A stretch of DNA of 64,000 nucleotides from Octopus vulgaris (taxonomy: Eukaryota): assembly GCA_951406725.2 (NCBI GenBank), contig OX597833.1:63922001-63986000 (forward strand), in the 5' to 3' direction. Of the stretch, positions 57,273 to 64,000 are shown piece by piece; the first letter of the stretch is position 1; every line of letters starts with the position of its first letter. Position numbers and translations under genes: made by a program. A model generated the notes under the pieces. The model made no database searches. It saw nothing but the letters and a program-made list of their open reading frames with translations, and was not told the origin of the DNA.

Positions 57273-58179
57273 CATGTATGTATGTATGTGTATGTATGTA
57301 TGTATGTATGTATGTATGTATGTATGTATGTATGTATGTATAAGTGTGCATGGCAATGTGTCTATCTATGTAAGAACGTGTGTGCGTCGTGTGTGTATGT
57401 GTGCGTATTTGTGTCCATGTTACCCAATATGTGTTTATCCGCGTGTGTCCACCTTTACGTGTATCTGGAAGCGGCTGCCTGACTGTGTTATGTCTAATGC
57501 GTTTGTATATTCATGCATTCTTCTGTGTGTACGTATATGTTTATATATATATGTGTGTATCTGTGGCTGTGTAGTAAGAAGTTCGCTTCACAGGCACACG
57601 GTTCCGGGTTCGCTTCCCACTGCATCACAGTTTAGGAAACTGTTTCCTCCTGTAACCTTTTCGCAGACAAAAGCCTCTTGAGCGTACGTGACTCCGAAGC
57701 AAACTTCGTAATTACACAAACAAGCCTGCACCAAGAATATTCCCCAATTAATCGCATAATAGATTCTTTGATACAAACCCCTCGGGAGGAAGTTTTTATC
57801 TTCTAATTACAAGAATAATATCAGATAATTAGCGCTTACTACTTGACATATGTTACGTATTTCTTTGACCCCACTGAATCACTGCGCTAACGTAATTTGA
57901 TGTAGGTATGCATTGGCATGTCAAGAAAGGGTATGTTTTGGGGCGAGGGGTGCAAAGCACAAAGTACCCTGAAAGGGAAATCATGGAATGGGGCCAGAGA
58001 TAGGGAGGGGTTGATAAGCAGCCTTGCCTTATCAGTGGAATTTTTACGAGCTTTCTTTTCGCAAGAATTACTAAACAGTGTCAGTCACTGCGTGTGTATA
58101 GAAATATTTATATGTGTGTGTTTGTGTATATGTGCATACACACACATATAAAAGGTTCACAGACTTATGTGAGCATATG

Positions 58180-58252
<73 letters not shown>

Positions 58253-58309
58253 AATATATACATATATGTATGTATATATAAATATATAGGTACACGTATA
58301 TATGTATGT

Positions 58310-58424
<115 letters not shown>

Positions 58425-58872
58425 GCTATACATATATATACTCACAGCGGAGACACATACACTTATATACATGTTTTTGTATTTTTGCGTATGTGCTTGT
58501 ATATATACATACATACATACATACATAGATAGATACATACATATATATATATATATATGCATCTATTTACATTGATGTGTTAGCGTTAGCGTGTAATGTC
58601 TAAGATAGTGGAAATATCTGGCTATGGATGCGTCTATATCTATATGTGTGTGTATATGTATATGTGTCCATGAATATATATATGCAGTGAGTTTATCGAT
58701 GCGTATAAGTCAGTGTATGCGCGCGCGTGGGTGTGTGTGTGTATGCGTTTGTTTTGGGGTACCTGTCAAGTATGTTTATATGGGTGTTAACCGTGCATCT
58801 GTATGTCTGTGAGTATGCATGCGTACATTTCGGTATATTTATGTATGTATGCAAATCAGTGTGTGTGTGTGC

Positions 58873-58937
<65 letters not shown>

Positions 58938-58978
58938 CGTGCGTATGTGTTTGTTAATGTGTTCTGTAATACAGTTAA

Positions 58979-59360
58979 GGAGGCGCAATGGCCTAGTGGT
59001 TAGGGCAGCTGACTCGCGGTCATAGGATCGCGGTTCCGATTCCCAGACCGGGCGTTGTGAGTGTTTATTGAGCGAAAACACCTAAAGTTCCACGAGGATC
59101 CGGCAGGGGGTGGTGGTGATCCCTGCTGTACTCTTTCACCACAACTTTCTCTCACTCTTACTTCCTCTTTCTGTTGTACCTGTATTTCAAAGGGCCAGCC
59201 TTGTCACTCTCTGTGTCACGCTGAATATCCCCGAGAACTACGTTAAGGGTACACGTGTCTGTGGAGTGCTCAGCCACTTACACGTTAATTTCACGAGCAG
59301 GCTGTTCCGTTGATCGGATCAACCGGAACCCTCATCGTCGTAACCGACGGAGTGCTTCCA
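58979..59360 (+). mobile_element. tRNA-Arg-derived SINE, tail type 2
   Basis: Near-identical to the 56893 copy. Flanked by the AATACAGTTAA direct repeat (TSD). Confidence 0.9.
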
Positions 59361-59664
59361 CCCAATACAGTTAATCTATTCACTTGAAAACACACGCAGA
59401 AACATGCACACTTGAAAGAATCGCGAAAGGGCCTGTAGATGCTAGAGATAGCTCACAAATTACCCTCAAATTAGATCTTACCGTCAAGGAAACCAGAAGA
59501 ACAGATTAAGCAATACAGAATTAGATGTAAAAACATATCGATATTGTCGGTCACAATTGGAGCGCTTTTCATCATAGGCGTACTTAAGCAGGACAGACCT
59601 AGGGTTATAGAATAACAACGGCAAGAACGCATACAGAAACACAATGCCTCTTTCATTCCTAAGA

Positions 59665-60239
59665 CCTTTCTTTCTTCCTTCCTTCTTTCCTTCCTTTCTT
59701 TCTTCCTTCCTTCCTTCCTTCCTTCTTCCCTTCCTTCTTTCCTTCCTTCATTCCTTCCTTCCTTCCTTCCTTCTTCCTTCCTTCCTTCCTTCCTTCTTTT
59801 CTTCCTTCCCTCTTTCCTCCCTTCCTTCCTTCTTTCCTTCCTTCCTTCCTTCCTTCCTTCCTTCCTTCTTCCCTTCCTTCTTTGCTTCCTTCCTTCCTTC
59901 CTTCCTTCCTTCCCTCCTTCTTTCCTTCCTTCCTTCTTTCCCTCCTTCCTTCCTTCCTTCCTTCTTTCCTTCCTTCCTTCCTTCCTTCCTACCTTCCTTC
60001 TTCCCTTCCTTCTTTGCTTCCTTCCTTCCTTCCTTCTTTCCTTCCTTCCTTCCTTCTTCCCTTCCTTCTTTCTTTCCTTCCTTCCTTCCTTCCTTCTTCC
60101 CTTCCTTCTTCCTTCCTTCCTTCCTTCCTTCCTTCCTTCCTTCCTTCCTTCTTTCCTTCCTTCCTTCCTTCCCTTCTTCCCTTCTTCCCTTCTTTCTTTT
60201 TCTTTCTTTCTTTCCTTCTTCCTTCCTTCATTCTTCCCT

Positions 60240-60281
<42 letters not shown>

Positions 60282-60709
60282 TTCCTTTCTTTCTTTCTTT
60301 CTTCCTTCCTTCCTTCCTTCCTTCCTTCCTTCCTTCCTTCCTTCCTTCCTTCCTTCCTTCCCTTCTTCCCTTCTTTCTTTTTCTTTCTTTCTTTCCTTCC
60401 TTCCTTCCTTCCTTCCTTTCTTTCTTTCTTTCTTTCTATCTTTCTTTCTTTCTTTCCTTCCTTCCTTCCTTCCTTCCTTTCTTTCTTTCTTTCTTTCTAT
60501 CTTTCTTTCTTTCTTCCTTCCTTCCTTCATTCATTCTTCCCTTCTTTCTTTCTTTCTTTCTTTCTTTCTCCCTTCCTTCCTTTCTTTCTTTCTTCCTTTC
60601 TTTCTTTCTTCTTTCTTTCTTTCTTTCTTTCTTCCTTCCTTCCTTCCTTCCTTCCTTCCTTCATTCTTCCCTTCTTTCTTCCCTTCTTCCCTTCCTTTCT
60701 TCCTTCCCT

Positions 60710-60757
<48 letters not shown>

Positions 60758-60760
60758 TAT
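59665..60760. repeat. (TTCC)n/(TTTC)n polypyrimidine tract, ~1.1 kb
   Basis: Direct reading. Confidence 0.95.
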
Positions 60761-61004
60761 AAATTCAGAGTCACCCCCACCCCGCTCCCCGCATCCGCCT
60801 CCATTTCAGTTATAAAATATTTAGTTCCCAGCACATTACTCAGTTATTTTAAGAGACTGCTACATGTTTAAACTCTAATTAAAAATATGTGCTGACTTCA
60901 TTCATACACATATACACACTTATATACATATATGTATCTAAATATACCTACATATTCATCCATCTATGCATCTATCTATGTATCTATCTATCTATCATAC
61001 TTAG

Positions 61005-61187
61005 GGCATTTCGTCTGCCGTTACGTTCTGAGTTCAAATTCCACCGTGGTCCACTTTGCTTTTCATCCTTTCTGGGTCGATAAATAAAGTACCGGTCCGC
61101 ACTGGGGTCGATGTAATCGACTTAATCCCTTTGTCTGTCTTTGTTTGTCCCCTCTATGTTTAGCCCGTTGTGGGCAATAAAGAAATA
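61005..61187 (+). mobile_element. SINE family C body
   Basis: One ~184-bp body unit. Confidence 0.8.
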
Positions 61188-61376
61188 TATATGTATATAT
61201 ACATACATATATATATATTTGTATATGTATGTATATATACATACATACATATTTATATTTATATATACATACATATATATATATATACGCGTGCGTCCGT
61301 ATGTATTCATATATTTTTATATATATATCTTCATGAATACATACGTACTCACAAGCATACACACACGCACACGCAT

Positions 61377-61420
<44 letters not shown>

Positions 61421-61610
61421 TGATAAAACGGTAAGATAACAAAAGAAAGAAAGAGACCTCAATATTATGTAAATAGAGGAAATTTATCTATACAATATGT
61501 TACATTACTCGGTAGTCAAGATAAAACTCTGAGTTTCAGATGCCGAAGTGGAAATCCACAACACCATCTCTTCGGTTATCTGGCTATTTGAAAACGTTAT
61601 GAAAAAATAC
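61421..61610 (-). mobile_element. HHR-bearing element next to (TA)n
   Basis: Tail motif TATTGAGGTCTCTTT resembles the tails of the 2765 and 40776 elements. Confidence 0.6.
61519..61581 (-). ncRNA. Type I hammerhead variant with extended stem II
   Basis: AGATAA-CCGAAGA-GATG gtgtt GTGGA tt TCCAC ttcgg CATC T-GAA-ACTC A GAGT-T-TTATCT. Perfect 6-bp stem I, GUU triplet, U4C core variant. Confidence 0.65.
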
Positions 61611-61818
61611 CGTTAAAAATGAAGGGAAATTACTCTGTTATAACTCTGCTTTGCCTGCGTACTTATATATCGCTCGCATTTTTCGTCATAAAAATTATAT
61701 AAAAATACATAAAAATATATAAAAATATATAAAAATATATAAAATCTTCTTGGGACATAACACAGAAAGCATGTTCTATCCGTTTTCTTTAGGGGACCAT
61801 ATATATATATATATATAT

Positions 61819-61877
<59 letters not shown>

Positions 61878-62298
61878 AAGAGAGAGCGAGAAAGACAGAG
61901 AGGGAGAAAGAAAGAGGGAAAGAGAGCTGATGTCATCTTACAGTGTATAAGTAAATCGTCCCTAGTCAATTCTGTCTACATTAAGGAACATATAAATGAA
62001 CCTTTCCATGTATCTATGGCTGGGAAGACCAGGATAGATATTCAAGATGGCGTACTTTAAAGCGGTATATAGCTTTAAAAACAGATATAGAAAGGCGGAG
62101 ATATCCCCTGTCAATTGTGTACAACTGACCAGCTAAAAATACAAGCTGTAGTCGGGTTAGATCTTAAACAAGTTGTTTATAGCAGTGCTTGGAAGTAAAG
62201 TGTGTAGAGTGTGGTCGTCTTAAAAGAAGATCGGTTTTCAGCTAGGCAGGATCTCCTTGACTGTGTCGAGGAAGGGAAAAACTTTTTGAAAATGGTCA

Positions 62299-62716
62299 TA
62301 GGCGCAGGAGTGGCTGTGTGGTAAGTAGCTTGTTTACCAACCACATGGTTCCGGGTTCAGCTCCACTGCGTGGCATCTTGGGCAAGTGTCTTCTACTACA
62401 GCCTCGGGCCGACCAATGCCTTGTGAGTGGATTTGGTAGACGGAAACTGAAAAAAGCCTGTCATGTATATGTATATGTATATATATATATGTATGTGTGT
62501 GTGTATGTTTGTTTGTCTGTGTTTGTCCCCCTAGCATTGCTTGACAACCGATGGTAGTGTGTTTACGTCCCCGTAACCTAGCGGTTCGGCAAAAGAGACC
62601 GATAGAATAAGTACTGGGCTTACAAAGAATAGGTCCCGGGGTCGATTTGCTCGACTAAAGGCGGTGCTCCAGCATGGCCGCAGTCAAATGACTGAAAGAA
62701 TTAAAAGAGTAAAGAG
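62299..62716 (+). mobile_element. SINE family A, full length
   Basis: Matches the family A consensus. Confidence 0.9.
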
Positions 62717-62942
62717 TATAATAGGAGAGGAATCGTGGGTCTATGGCTATGACCCCGTAACCTAAGCAAAAATCAAATCCCACTTGAAAGGAATATGATT
62801 TCAAAACGTCCAGGAAATTCAAAAGAATGCAACGGAAGAGCTGCTCAATAACCCCCAAAATGGAGTTCCAGGAAGGCTTCCATTAATGGGAGCGATGCTG
62901 GATAAAGGGGACCACTTCAAAGATTAAATGCTGAAATGATAT

Positions 62943-63403
62943 AGATTTCTTTATTTCCCACAAGGGGCTAACACAGAGGGGACAAACAAGGACAGACAAA
63001 GGGACAAAAGGGATTAAGTCGATTATATATATATATTAAGTCGATTATATATATATATATATATTAAGTACCAGTGCGTAGCTGGTACTTAATTTATCGA
63101 CCCAGAAACGATGAAAGGCAAAGGCGACCTCGGCGGAATTTGAACTCAGAACGTAACGGCAGAAGAAATACCTATTTCTTTACTACCCACAAGTGACTAA
63201 ACACAGAGAGGACAAAAAAGGACAGACAAAGGGATTAAGTCGATTACATCGACCCTAGTGTGTAATTGGTACTTAATTTATCGACCCAGAAAGGATGAAA
63301 GGCAAAGTCGACCTCGGCGGAATTTGAACTCAGAACGTAACGGCAGACGAAATACCGCTATGCATTTCTCCCAGCGCGCTAACTTTTCTGCCAGCTCACC
63401 GCG
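62943..63403 (-). mobile_element. SINE family C dimer with a 19-bp TSD
   Basis: Head plus two bodies. Flanks TTAAATGCTGAAATGATAT (62924-62942) and TTAAATACCGAAATGATAT (63404-63422). Confidence 0.85.
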
Positions 63404-63762
63404 TTAAATACCGAAATGATATGTGTTGTAGTTGTCTTGTTGTATCTCCAGTTCCAAAACATTCTGACCAGACCTTGTATTGGCTATTAGGTCCTTGATT
63501 AGAGCTGTCGTAGATGGAGATACTCTCGTTACTTTAAAGGTTCTTAACAGTGCTAATATCTTGTATAATGATCTAGTTCAGCATTCATATTGGCTATCGT
63601 TAGTTTGATGGGCTTAATTATATTTGCGCCAAACGGCTGCTCAAGTTTACCGAGAAATAATGTCAGTACAAGCTGCGAAGAGGCAAATAAAGCTTGAGGA
63701 ACAGCCTCAAATCTATATTGCTTGGAGAATGCGAAGCTGCAAGCCTGGAAACTTTATGTTCT

Positions 63763-64000
63763 ATGATTGAGAATATGGAAAGTGTAATTAGGCAGAGGCG
63801 CTGGGAAGTCTGGTTCCTCAAAGAACGCGAGTAGTGAAACAGTTACAATCAAGTACAGATTTTAATAAGCCATCTGCTCACATCAAACCGAACATTCTGT
63901 AACAGATCTCTTTAATGAGATAAGAAATATAGAATTTCAGTACTGTACCAATCTCTCCAAAAGATTCTGAACAACTTCTAGAAACCCGTTTAACCATCTC
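63763..64000 (+). pseudogene. Penelope-like element ORF N-terminal relic
   Basis: MIENMESVIRQRRWEVWFLKE and TDLFNEIRNIEFQ resemble the IEK.ES.I.RMRWK..FF / E.DL..MI.NIEF N-terminal motifs of PLE ORFs. Confidence 0.55.

Larger units (their letters stand above)
62170..63479 (+). mobile_element. Internally deleted mariner relic interrupted by SINE A and SINE C
   Basis: Reads RQDLLDCVEEGKNFLKMVI|SINE|IGEESWVYGYDP...KSHLKG..FQNVQEIQKNATEELL...MEFQEGFH*WERCW. TIR-like end ...CTGACCAGACCTTGTA at 63479. Confidence 0.75.

Overview
Eukaryotic, AT-rich, microsatellite-saturated intergenic or intronic DNA. The SINE content (tRNA-Arg-headed SINEs with two alternative tails, like the octopus OR1/OR2 families) points to an Octopus-like cephalopod; this is inference. 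No host protein-coding gene is supported, and nearly all listed ORFs are translations of simple repeats. The window holds three tRNA-type SINE families, several mariner relics, a non-autonomous Helitron, a hAT-like MITE, 3' ends of a Tx1/L1-type and an R4/Dong-type LINE, and two Penelope-like (PLE) ORF relics. It also holds a 2.9-kb 19-bp satellite that grew out of a mariner transposase gene. The most striking signal is about 12 hammerhead-ribozyme (HHR)-like motifs (C(T/C)GANGA-stem II-GAAAC-stem III-NUH). Most lie in short (~200 nt) non-coding units inserted in or beside (TA)n/(CA)n tracts, several with an inverted duplication of the ribozyme end, and one lies directly downstream of a PLE GIY-YIG relic. 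This suggests multiple families of microsatellite-targeted, ribozyme-bearing non-autonomous PLE/retrozyme-like elements. All structures were read by eye; no folding or database search was run.
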